Shown piece after piece: positions 9,659 to 18,612 of a stretch of DNA of 64,000 nucleotides (position 1 is the stretch's first letter; each line of letters opens with the position of its first letter). The notes below the pieces were generated by a model. The model was not told the DNA's origin. It did no database searches and was given only the letters and a program-made list of their open reading frames with translations. The DNA is from an uncultured Gammaproteobacteria bacterium (lineage in GTDB: Bacteria; Patescibacteriota; Microgenomatia; Daviesbacterales; UBA10151). The DNA lies in assembly GCA_964500725.1 (NCBI GenBank), contig CAZCNP010000003.1, positions 59,476 to 123,475 of the forward strand. The letters are read 5' to 3'. The translations under genes were made by a program, and so were the position numbers.

Positions 9659-11404
9659 CTAACACTGCCTTACTGCAGAGCATTTTGGACACCTCTCTCC
9701 TCTTCTTACCACACATCTTATTTCTGCCCCACAGGCTCCACATTTTATACAATAATCTTTATCTTTAGAAAACAAACCTGAAATCCCTCGAACTACATCT
9801 GAAGACAAACCACTTGTAACTGCTCCTACCCCTCCGGCAGAGAAATCTCCTGAAAAACCACAACCTACCATAACTGCCTTTACTATCATCTTGCCATAAT
9901 AATGCAATTCTTCTTGGAAACTTCTAAGAACCTCAGCCCCTTTTTGAACTGCGTTTTTAACAATTCCTATCCCTCTTTTTACAAGGTTACTTTCCGTTAC
10001 CTGCTCTCTTAGACTATCAAACTTGTTTATAACTGCTTTGTAAGCCTCTCTTACTTTTTCTGGATTAAAGAATTTAGCACAAATAGTCTCTGCATAATAC
10101 ACAATAAATAATCTACACTCCTCTAAATAATACTTAGTCTTCTCTTCCTCTGTCGCTCCTTCTTGTTTTTTAAATTCTGTTGCAAAAATCTGCTGGACGC
10201 TCCTAGTATCTGACTGATCAATATAAATAGGGTTTATTTTAAAATATAGGTCTATACTCTCCTCCATTGGAGCACTTTCTGAATTAAAGTAATTTCTATC
10301 AAGGCTGGTTGCAATTTTTTTGTACGCTTCATAATTTACCCCTGAGGCAAACCTAGTCATTACCACCACAACCTTGCCTGTAGTAGGATCAATAGTCTTT
10401 GTAAAAATATCAACGAAATTATCTGTAAATGCTGTGCCTTTTTTAAGCCCTGGTCCAGAAATAATAACTGCTTTAGACTCTAGAGGTACCTGCGGATCAA
10501 ATAATCCCTTCATTACTTTTTCCCAGCCTTTAAACTCCTCTGCCTCACGTTCGTAATCCACAAATCCCTTTTGTTTGCTATAAACCAAACCTCTTTGCAA
10601 AACCACATCAAAAGATTCTCCAGGAAATTTTGGGTTATATATTTTACCCTTGCTATCTTGGTAATAAACAACTGTACTTTCTGCTGTATGAGCCCGTTCG
10701 TATAAATGTCTTCGCTTATCTTCAATTATCCCCTGCCTTACTGCTTGCCTTTCTGCATCTGTTTTAGCACGCTCATATCTGGCTCTATCTACTGCCGGAT
10801 CGTACGCCAACCTTGGCCCTCCATATATCCCAAGCGCTTTATGCAACTGCTCAACTCTTCTTAAATCTTTACTAAAATCAATAGAACCAGATGAAGGAAA
10901 AATAGTTTTATCTTCTGCTATATTCTGTGTTATCTGGAGCTCTGCAGGGGGCGAAATTCGGTCAGCAGGTCGAGCAAGAATCAATGTGCTATCAAAAGGA
11001 GAAATTTGTTTATTTATGCTATCTAAACTTGGTAAGGTAATATCTTCATCTGATAAAGGTCTCGTATTTTCTAATGCAGAATTCAGGGAAAAAGTAGTTC
11101 TGGGTTTTACTAAAACTACAGTTGATCTCAAATCTACGTCTGGTTTAAACTTATCGCCTGGATCTACCTTAGTTAAAGTACTAATTTTTCTGGAATCTTT
11201 AAGTTTTAAACCGGTAGTTAAGGTTGTAAAATTTGGAGGTGCTTCTACTGTCATATTACTCCTGCTCGGGATAAAAATTGTGGTCGGTCTCCTGACTTTA
11301 CAGTTGCGGCACAGTCTCTGAATTACACAGAGTTCCCTTTTTGTTTCCTTTCTTGCTTTAAGACAAGACGAAACACCACAATTTGTATAATACCAGGATA
11401 ACAA
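9659..11404 (-). CDS. Hypothetical protein (581 aa) with Cys-rich N- and C-termini (zinc-ribbon-like)
   Basis: The N-terminus is 'CGVSSC…CVIQRLCRNC' and the C-terminus is 'CIKCGACGAEIRCVVRRGERCPKCSAVRQC'. No other recognisable motif was found. Confidence 0.6.
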   Translation of the reverse strand: MLSWYYTNCGVSSCLKARKETKRELCVIQRLCRNCKVRRPTTIFIPSRSNMTVEAPPNFTTLTTGLKLKDSRKISTLTKVDPGDKFKPDVDLRSTVVLVKPRTTFSLNSALENTRPLSDEDITLPSLDSINKQISPFDSTLILARPADRISPPAELQITQNIAEDKTIFPSSGSIDFSKDLRRVEQLHKALGIYGGPRLAYDPAVDRARYERAKTDAERQAVRQGIIEDKRRHLYERAHTAESTVVYYQDSKGKIYNPKFPGESFDVVLQRGLVYSKQKGFVDYEREAEEFKGWEKVMKGLFDPQVPLESKAVIISGPGLKKGTAFTDNFVDIFTKTIDPTTGKVVVVMTRFASGVNYEAYKKIATSLDRNYFNSESAPMEESIDLYFKINPIYIDQSDTRSVQQIFATEFKKQEGATEEEKTKYYLEECRLFIVYYAETICAKFFNPEKVREAYKAVINKFDSLREQVTESNLVKRGIGIVKNAVQKGAEVLRSFQEELHYYGKMIVKAVMVGCGFSGDFSAGGVGAVTSGLSSDVVRGISGLFSKDKDYCIKCGACGAEIRCVVRRGERCPKCSAVRQC

Positions 11405-11445
11405 CCTTAGTCAAGACACCTATTCATAAGGTTGCTTAGTGAGGG

Positions 11446-12126
11446 TTATTTCTTAACTACACTCATACCTAATTGCTTTGCTTTCTCCTTATAAAATTCT
11501 TGCAGTTCTTTTAAAGAAAGAGGCACTAACATTTTTGGCAAATCCTCAAACTTTTCTACCTTTAGGAAGTCGCTTCCCAACCATATTAAATCTAGTTCTA
11601 TTCTGAATTTCTCTTTGACAGCATATATCAAGTCCCACAAAGTAAATTCTTTTAAAAGAAAGTACAAATCTATAAAATCTTTAACTTCATTTCTATTAAC
11701 AATAGTTTGTAATTTATTGGCAGCAATATCAAATAAACTATCTACTTGTATCCCTGAAACAGTTAATCCCTTTTTTAATCTCTTATACGGATAATAAGCA
11801 AAATCCACTTTGATTTCTACTTTATTGGCCCTAAGAAGCTCATAGATTCTAGTATATTCTCTTTGCGTGAGCCTAATCTGCAATTTTTTGAAGGCTGCTA
11901 TCTTCTGGATAAAACGGTCAGGGATATCTTTATCGAAATCAGTTTCAGAAAAAAAATCCAGATCTTCAGAATCACGATGCTTAAGATAAGCACTGCTTAA
12001 TGCTGTACCGCCAGTGAAATAAAATTGTTTAATTAATTTGTTGTTTTTAGCAAACTCAGTAAGAATGAATTTTTGCAGAGGAGTTAAAACTAAATCTTCT
12101 AGCAACAAATTATTTACTTTCCCCAT
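11446..12126 (-). CDS. AbiEii/DUF1814-family nucleotidyltransferase (second copy)
   Basis: 'FYFTGGTALSSAYLKHRDSEDLDFFSE' is the same signature seen in the 429..1103 gene. Length is 226 aa. Confidence 0.75.
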   Translation of the reverse strand: MGKVNNLLLEDLVLTPLQKFILTEFAKNNKLIKQFYFTGGTALSSAYLKHRDSEDLDFFSETDFDKDIPDRFIQKIAAFKKLQIRLTQREYTRIYELLRANKVEIKVDFAYYPYKRLKKGLTVSGIQVDSLFDIAANKLQTIVNRNEVKDFIDLYFLLKEFTLWDLIYAVKEKFRIELDLIWLGSDFLKVEKFEDLPKMLVPLSLKELQEFYKEKAKQLGMSVVKK

Positions 12127-12320
12127 ATTAGAAACTCAAATAATCTTTTTCTTGAAGGCTCAAGATTTAGATCATGCCAATGTTTTTTAACTTCTTTTAG
12201 ATCAATTTTTTCTTTATCAGAAGGATAAATCCCATAATTAATTTGTCTTTCTAAAATAAGCAGTCTGCCGCTTTTGGTTTTCTTTAACTTGTTAATATCA
12301 TAATCCCAGATAAAAGGCAT
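12114..12320 (-). CDS. Putative cognate antitoxin/partner of the AbiEii gene (68 aa)
   Basis: It overlaps the upstream end of the AbiEii gene by 13 nt on the same strand. No recognisable motif was found. Confidence 0.3.
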   Translation of the reverse strand: MPFIWDYDINKLKKTKSGRLLILERQINYGIYPSDKEKIDLKEVKKHWHDLNLEPSRKRLFEFLIWGK

Positions 12321-12484
12321 ATTAAAATTATACCACTTTTCCGTAGAAGTTTTGGAAATTTATGAACCATTATACTAAATAGGTATATTTATCTAGTTTC
12401 ATCCAGAATAGTTGAGATTGCCCATAAATGACCTAGTTTGTACCTCTAGACTATAGTTTTTTCACGAGGTATAAAGGGGATAAC

Positions 12485-13504
12485 ATGGAAGCACATCCTA
12501 TCCCGCAAAATGTGACCTCATTCCAATTTAAACTGGTTGGGGATATGACTTTAAAACAATTTGTTTATTTGGCAAGTGGTGTTGGCATGGCTTACCTAAT
12601 TTTTGTATTGTTTGCTGCCAATCTCCCTTTTATTTCTTGGCCTTTTATTATTCTTTTTACTCTGTTGGGGGTAGCTTTTGCTTTTTTACCAATAGAATCC
12701 AGGCCTTTGGATCATTGGCTGGCAGCTTTTCTGACGGCAATCTATTCTCCGACTAAAAGAATTTGGAAGAAAAATGGCAAAAATTACAAAGAAGATGCGT
12801 TATATGCAAGCCGTCTGGTGACATATTTATCAGGACCAGCAAAAGAAGCCCCTCTTGCTATAAAAACAGCAGAGACAGCTCCGCAAACTGCTGATATTTC
12901 TAAATTACCTACTAAAGAAGAGTTACAAAAAACAGTTGATTTAGCCCGCCAAGCCCAACAGCTGCAGATGAAAATAATTCAAACTGAAAGAGCTTTATCC
13001 CAAATTAAAGATCAGGCCCAAAAACCCACCCCAGTACCAATTGATTATGGCCAAGAGGTTAACAAAATCCTGACTGATTTGCAAAGCCTGGTGAGTCAAG
13101 CCTCTGTTATTAAAGAACAAATCCAATCAATTCAAAAGCCCCAAACAGGAGGAGCAAATGTGACTCCTCCACCATTTCCTAAAGAAAAAGTTAAAGTAGT
13201 TATTCCTATCAAGCCTAAACAAACTACAGTAGCTTTAACCACATTCCCAAATGTCCTCAATGGTATTGTCAAAGATGCTCAAAACAATTACTTAGAAAGT
13301 GTAGTGGCAGTTATTTACAATAAAGACGGACTGCCTGTCAGAGCTTTAAAAACCAACAAATTAGGCCAATTTACAGGATCTACCCCACTGCCAAATGGAA
13401 CCTATAACCTTGAGCTTGAAAAAGATAATTTTTCTTTTGATGTCCTGCAAATTGAACTAAGCGGGACAGTTCTACCGCCATTGATGATTACAGCCAAAAC
13501 ATAA
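12485..13504 (+). CDS. PrgI/VirB3-like T4SS membrane protein with a long coiled-coil and beta-sandwich C-terminal extension
   Basis: The N-terminus 'IPQNVTSFQFKLVGDMTLKQFVYLASGVG' plus two TM helices matches the PrgI-family start (…f.GLtlrQf…). A Pro/Gln-rich coiled coil and a ~90-aa C-terminal domain follow. Confidence 0.55.
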   Translation: MEAHPIPQNVTSFQFKLVGDMTLKQFVYLASGVGMAYLIFVLFAANLPFISWPFIILFTLLGVAFAFLPIESRPLDHWLAAFLTAIYSPTKRIWKKNGKNYKEDALYASRLVTYLSGPAKEAPLAIKTAETAPQTADISKLPTKEELQKTVDLARQAQQLQMKIIQTERALSQIKDQAQKPTPVPIDYGQEVNKILTDLQSLVSQASVIKEQIQSIQKPQTGGANVTPPPFPKEKVKVVIPIKPKQTTVALTTFPNVLNGIVKDAQNNYLESVVAVIYNKDGLPVRALKTNKLGQFTGSTPLPNGTYNLELEKDNFSFDVLQIELSGTVLPPLMITAKT

Positions 13505-13507
13505 ATT

Positions 13508-14245
13508 ATGAACACAACCCAAGGCCATCTGGCCATTGCTGACATTTTTGAAAATATCCTCATCTTAAAAGACGGTGGTGGAGCCTTGGTTTTACAAGTA
13601 TCTGCTGTTAACTTTGGCTTACTTTCATCAAGAGAGCAAATTGCCATTATTTCCAGCTTTGCCCAAATGCTAAATTCCTTATCTTTTTGTATTCAAATCG
13701 TTATTCACTCAGAAAGACTGAATATATCTTCTTACTTGCAACTTTTGGATAATGCCAAAAAAGCTCAAACCAATCCCTTACTTTCTCAGATGATCAGTGA
13801 GTATAAACAATTTATTCAAACTACTATAAAAGAAAATGATGTTTTGGATAAAAAATTTTACCTGGTTATCCCCCTTTCCAGCCTGGAACTAGGATTAACC
13901 CCTTCAAAAGAGAATTTACAACAAAAAATCAAAACTGTGCTTTTACCAAGAAGGGATCAAGTAATTAGGCAATTAAGTAGAGTTAGTCTTAGGGCCACTC
14001 AACTTACCAGACAAAAACTAATTGAGCTTTTTTATGATATTTATAATGGTGAATTTTTGGAAACCCCGGTTGTAGAGCCAGTTAACCCTGAACAACTCAC
14101 TGTTAGGCTTAATTCCCCACAGCAAAATATCGAGAAGCAACCAGTTGTAGCAGCGCCACCTCCTCCTCAAGCTGCTCAAGCAGAACCTATGATAACTCAA
14201 AACACCAGAACCCACCCTTTTGTGGTAGAGGAGCTGGAAGGGTAA
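13508..14245 (+). CDS. VirB4/ConE-like N-terminal domain segment, separated from the ATPase ORF by an in-frame TAA
   Basis: 'ILILKDGGGALVLQVSAVNFGLLSSREQIAIISSFAQMLNSL…IQIVIHSERLN' resembles the N-terminal region of Gram-positive VirB4-family ATPases. It is in the same frame as 14249..16006, with a single TAA plus one codon between them. Confidence 0.5.
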   Translation: MNTTQGHLAIADIFENILILKDGGGALVLQVSAVNFGLLSSREQIAIISSFAQMLNSLSFCIQIVIHSERLNISSYLQLLDNAKKAQTNPLLSQMISEYKQFIQTTIKENDVLDKKFYLVIPLSSLELGLTPSKENLQQKIKTVLLPRRDQVIRQLSRVSLRATQLTRQKLIELFYDIYNGEFLETPVVEPVNPEQLTVRLNSPQQNIEKQPVVAAPPPPQAAQAEPMITQNTRTHPFVVEELEG

Positions 14246-14248
14246 TTT

Positions 14249-16006
14249 ATGAATATTTTTGATAAACTTAAAAAGGCAAAACCAGTTGAGGAGGCCAAAC
14301 CTCAGTTAACCTTAGAAGATGCTATTGCTCCTTCAGAAATTGAAGTTGATTTTAAACATTTAAGGCTAAATAACCACTTTTTCAAAACCTATTTTGTGTC
14401 TGGCTACCCCAGATTTGTTGATCCAAACTGGCTAGAACCTTTAATCTCCTTTGATCACTCGCTTTTGATCTCCATGTTTATTTACCCTTCTGGCTCCCAA
14501 GGAGTCTTGGATGAGTTAAAACGTAAAATTGCTGAGATGGAAGCAACCATCCAAACAGACCTGGAACGGGGCAGAGCCATAGATCCAGCAGTTGAGGTAG
14601 CTTTGGAAGATGCCAGAGGGCTGCAAGACCAACTGGTAAGAGGGGTAGAGAGATTTTTCCAATTTGCTCTCTATATTAGTGTGCCAGCCTCATCTTTAGA
14701 TGAGCTTCGCAACACCTCAAAATTGATTGAGTCTACTTTAGCCTCACTATCTATTACTGCCAAGCAAACCACCTTACAAATGGAAAATGGTTTTAAATCC
14801 ACCCTGCCTCAAGGCACAGATTTATTAAACTTGACCCACAATATGGATACTACCTCTTTGGCAACCACTTTTCCCTTTGCTTCATCAGAGCTAACTGCCA
14901 ATGAAGGAATTATGTATGGCATCAACCAACATAATGATTCTTTAATTCTTTTTGATCGATTCAGTTTAGAGAACGCAAACTCGGTTATATTCGCCAAAGC
15001 TGGAAGCGGTAAGTCCTATTTAGTCAAGCTGGAAGCTTTGAGATCTTTAATGTTTGGCACTGAAATTATCGCCATTGACCCTGAGCAGGAATACTTGCCC
15101 TTAGCCCAAGCTGTTGGGGGAGAGTATATTAACTTTTCCCCCTCCAGCCCAGCCAGGATTAATCCTTTTGACATGTCAGGCATTGCCATCCCTGGAGAAA
15201 ATGAGCTAGGCAGAAAAATCCTCTCTTTAACTGTTTTTTTAAAGATTATTTTGGGCAACTTAACTGCCCAGGAAGCAGCCATTTTAGACAGAGCTTTAAA
15301 GCAAACTTACTATCAAAAAGGCATTACTGATGATCCTAAAACCCAAAATAAAGTGCCTCCTTTGATGGAAGACCTGTATAAAGTTTTAATTGGGATGGAG
15401 GAAGGACCTGCTATGGACTTGGCTGCCAGGTTGGAAAGATTTATTAAAGGATCTCTGGTGGGAATTTTCTCAGCTCAATCAAATATTGATCTTTCCAACT
15501 CCTTTACAGTTTTTTCAGTCAGGGATTTACCAGACCAGCTAAGACCTCTGGCTATCCATCTGATTTTGGACTATGTGTGGACCAAGGTCAGAAGCAAGCT
15601 CAAAAAAAGGATTTTAATTGTAGATGAGGCTTGGTATTTGATGAGAAACCAGGATTCTGCTGACTTTTTGGTAGATATTGCCAAAAGATCAAGAAAATAT
15701 TATTTAGGACTCACAACAATAACTCAAGATGTGGAGGACTTTTTGGCAACTGAAAGAGGCAAAGAGATTATCTCCAACTCTTCTATTCAGATCCTTTTAA
15801 AACAAGCTCCAGCTTCAATTGATTTGCTAACCCAAGTTTTTGATCTATCAGAAGGGGAACAAAGGCTTTTAATGTCTGAGGGTATTGGTGAGGGAATCTT
15901 TTTTGCAGGCAATACTCATGTGGCTATTGGTGTGGTGGCCTCCCCCAAAGAACACCAACTAATCACCACCAATCCAGCTGAAATCTTGGCAAGACAAAAC
16001 AAATAA
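14249..16006 (+). CDS. VirB4/TrbE/ConE-family type IV secretion ATPase (Walker A/B part)
   Basis: Walker A 'FAKAGSGKSYLVK', Walker B 'ILIVDEAWYL' and an upstream 'YFVSGYPRFVDPNWLEPL' VirB4 N-domain motif are present. Confidence 0.85.
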   Translation: MNIFDKLKKAKPVEEAKPQLTLEDAIAPSEIEVDFKHLRLNNHFFKTYFVSGYPRFVDPNWLEPLISFDHSLLISMFIYPSGSQGVLDELKRKIAEMEATIQTDLERGRAIDPAVEVALEDARGLQDQLVRGVERFFQFALYISVPASSLDELRNTSKLIESTLASLSITAKQTTLQMENGFKSTLPQGTDLLNLTHNMDTTSLATTFPFASSELTANEGIMYGINQHNDSLILFDRFSLENANSVIFAKAGSGKSYLVKLEALRSLMFGTEIIAIDPEQEYLPLAQAVGGEYINFSPSSPARINPFDMSGIAIPGENELGRKILSLTVFLKIILGNLTAQEAAILDRALKQTYYQKGITDDPKTQNKVPPLMEDLYKVLIGMEEGPAMDLAARLERFIKGSLVGIFSAQSNIDLSNSFTVFSVRDLPDQLRPLAIHLILDYVWTKVRSKLKKRILIVDEAWYLMRNQDSADFLVDIAKRSRKYYLGLTTITQDVEDFLATERGKEIISNSSIQILLKQAPASIDLLTQVFDLSEGEQRLLMSEGIGEGIFFAGNTHVAIGVVASPKEHQLITTNPAEILARQNK

Positions 16007-16021
16007 TGATAAGTTAAACTT

Positions 16022-18130
16022 ATGGCTGATATACACTTTTTAAATGTTTTAGAATTTGAACGGTTTAAATCGTTGCTGTCTGGAAAAACCCTAACTTTAG
16101 CAGAAAAAATTAGCGCCTTAGACACCCTGCGCGAAAAATTACCTGATTTATTTGCCAATTTAACAGCTGGACTATCACCCCAACAACTAAAAGATAATCT
16201 ATTTTTAATCAGGCATTTAACAAACTCACGCAACATAAACAAAATTAAGCTAGCTTTAAGAAAAGAATCATCCCTTTCTCCAGCCCAACAACTTGCGTTA
16301 GAACTAGCTTTGGAAGAAGCTGCTACAAAAGAACCTTTAGCAGAGCAGGCTACACCAACAGCAGCTCAAACTGAAGAAGCTCCTTTACCCTCCCAACCTA
16401 ACCCTTCTGCTTCAAGCGGATTTGGCGGGATGCCTTCTGCTGGAATGTCTTCTTCCGCCTCAGGTCGGGTTTTTGTAAAAGAAGCACCAACAAGTGGCAA
16501 GGCAGGCGGAACAGGTCAAGGAACAGCAGCCACCAATAAAATAAACCGAGCAAATGTGGGTAAAACAATCCAGTTTCCAAAAGCTCCGGCAAGTTTTGTA
16601 AACACTGCTAAAAATTTTAGCTCAAGTTCTCAGATATTTACCAAAAGATGGGGAGGCAGGATATTTAATGGGCTAACCCAAGTTGCCTTGCCTGGCGGAG
16701 CCAGCCTATTAGGCAAAACAGGACTGGGAGCTATCAATCATGGTGGAAATTTTATTAGTAATTTATCAAACACAAGGCTGCGAATGGTAAATAATATCAA
16801 AGGAGCTGGATCAGGATTGTCTTCTTCTTTGCAAGGAGGCAAAAAATTTGCCTTAGCTTCTGTCTTAGCTTTTTTTCTACTTTTAGGTATTGCTATTTCT
16901 GGAGCTACCAATGGCACTACTCCAACAAGTGAGGCTGCTCCAATTAGTACAGGTGGAACAGATATTTCCAACTGTAAATTTACCAGATCAGGCAAACCCC
17001 AACCTATCAAAAGCTCCATTCTTTCAGGCTGGATTAGTTCTACAGCAGTTTCAGCTGGAATTCCTTCGCAAATCTTGGCAGGTATTGCAATGCATGAGAA
17101 TCCAAATTTCCTTCAAACTAAAGAAAATACAGATGAAGAAATTAAAACTAACCGCTTTTGCAATTCTGGAGCAGACTTTTGTGTAAACCAGGATAAAAGC
17201 AAAAATATTCACATGGGCAAATGCACTGATGCAGAAATTGCAGCAGGCAATAGCAACGCTAGCGCTATTGGGTTAATGCAAATTGTTGATGTACATTATC
17301 CAGAAGTGGATTTATGTAATATTCAAACAAATATTGCCTTAGCAGCCCAAATATTTAAAGGCAAGCTTGGAAGCGGATCAATAAATAGTGAGGCAGATCT
17401 TAAGAAAGCTGTTTGTTTATACTATGGAGCGCAAGATGATACAGAGTGCACATATGAGGAGAAATACCACTATGGCCAAGAGGTGTGGAATGATTACCAA
17501 AACTGTCAAACTACCTCTGCTGTAGCTATTTTGCCTGCCCCTGTAAACGGGGATCACAAAAGTTGGGTAAATGGAAACTTTAATATTGATGTATCAGAAC
17601 TACCAGATCAGTATGCATTGTGGGCATACGAAGTTTTAAATGCCTCAACAAGCAAAGCTCCTAAGTTTCGAGGTCTTATTTATAACAAACCAACTAAGGT
17701 TGTCCCTGCAACAGAAGGCAGCTATACCAGTGGGGATACAATCAATATCAGAGCTGGTTATGATGCTAACTTTTTCAAACAAATATTTATTCATGAGCTA
17801 GGACACAGAATAAAAGGTGCTGCTGGAACAACTTCTCCTCAATGCGGAGGAGAAACCCTAGAACAAATACAAGATAGAGAAAAATACTTAACTTATTATG
17901 CTGAAAATGCTACTCCAGCCAATGTAAAAAGCCCTGCTTGCGGCAGCAATGATCAAGCAACCAAAAGTGATGAGGACTTTGCTGAATCCGTATCTTATTA
18001 TATTAATAATATTCCTGAACTTAATTATGGTTCAGACTGCTCAACATATGGCACAGTAAATCCCTATAATCGAACCGCCCAATCCCGTCCTTTGCATAAA
18101 GCATATATTCAGTGTCTTTTAGGTCCTTAG
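16022..18130 (+). CDS. Membrane-anchored cell-wall hydrolase, VirB1-like lytic transglycosylase domain fused to an HExxH zinc-metallopeptidase-like domain
   Basis: A Gly/Ser-rich cytoplasmic N-region is followed by one TM helix (FALASVLAFFLLLGIAISGA). The SLT-like motif reads '…AMHENPNF…AIGLMQIVD'. 'IFIHELGHRIKG' supplies an HExxH motif. The extracellular part is Cys-rich. Confidence 0.6.
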   Translation: MADIHFLNVLEFERFKSLLSGKTLTLAEKISALDTLREKLPDLFANLTAGLSPQQLKDNLFLIRHLTNSRNINKIKLALRKESSLSPAQQLALELALEEAATKEPLAEQATPTAAQTEEAPLPSQPNPSASSGFGGMPSAGMSSSASGRVFVKEAPTSGKAGGTGQGTAATNKINRANVGKTIQFPKAPASFVNTAKNFSSSSQIFTKRWGGRIFNGLTQVALPGGASLLGKTGLGAINHGGNFISNLSNTRLRMVNNIKGAGSGLSSSLQGGKKFALASVLAFFLLLGIAISGATNGTTPTSEAAPISTGGTDISNCKFTRSGKPQPIKSSILSGWISSTAVSAGIPSQILAGIAMHENPNFLQTKENTDEEIKTNRFCNSGADFCVNQDKSKNIHMGKCTDAEIAAGNSNASAIGLMQIVDVHYPEVDLCNIQTNIALAAQIFKGKLGSGSINSEADLKKAVCLYYGAQDDTECTYEEKYHYGQEVWNDYQNCQTTSAVAILPAPVNGDHKSWVNGNFNIDVSELPDQYALWAYEVLNASTSKAPKFRGLIYNKPTKVVPATEGSYTSGDTINIRAGYDANFFKQIFIHELGHRIKGAAGTTSPQCGGETLEQIQDREKYLTYYAENATPANVKSPACGSNDQATKSDEDFAESVSYYINNIPELNYGSDCSTYGTVNPYNRTAQSRPLHKAYIQCLLGP

Positions 18131-18612
18131 TTTTATATAATAAAAACATGCCTAGACTGGGATTAAAAAAATTTGGGGTAATTATAACTGCTGCAATCAT
18201 CTTGATCTCTATTTTTGGCTATAAACTGTATTCTAAACCCACTCCTCCAACAGCTCAACCTACTGCTCGACCCTCTTTCTCTCCTGGACCAAATGATCCT
18301 CCCCAGATAGTTTCTACCAAACCTGACCCTTTGAATGAAACCATTATTTCTGCTGCTGAAATTATAGAGATTACCTTTAACAGGCCTTTGGAAAATGTCG
18401 GCGAGTTCAAAAGCAGAATGGAACCTAAAATAGAATATAAAGTCGAGCTTATAAATGACCGTAAAACAGCCAGAATCATCCCAGCCAAACCTTATGAACT
18501 TGGAGCTACTTATAATCTATATATTGGCCCTGACAGCAAGTTTGATGGGGTAGGAGAGTGGAAACAAGATAAAAGCTTTCATTTTAGAACCATCCCTTAT
18601 AAAGGGGTCTAA
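18112..18612 (+). CDS. Small membrane-anchored protein (N-terminal TM, Pro-rich linker, beta-rich domain)
   Basis: 166-aa ORF that overlaps the hydrolase gene by 19 nt and is the last gene of the plus-strand T4SS-like operon. Confidence 0.4.
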   Translation: MSFRSLVLYNKNMPRLGLKKFGVIITAAIILISIFGYKLYSKPTPPTAQPTARPSFSPGPNDPPQIVSTKPDPLNETIISAAEIIEITFNRPLENVGEFKSRMEPKIEYKVELINDRKTARIIPAKPYELGATYNLYIGPDSKFDGVGEWKQDKSFHFRTIPYKGV

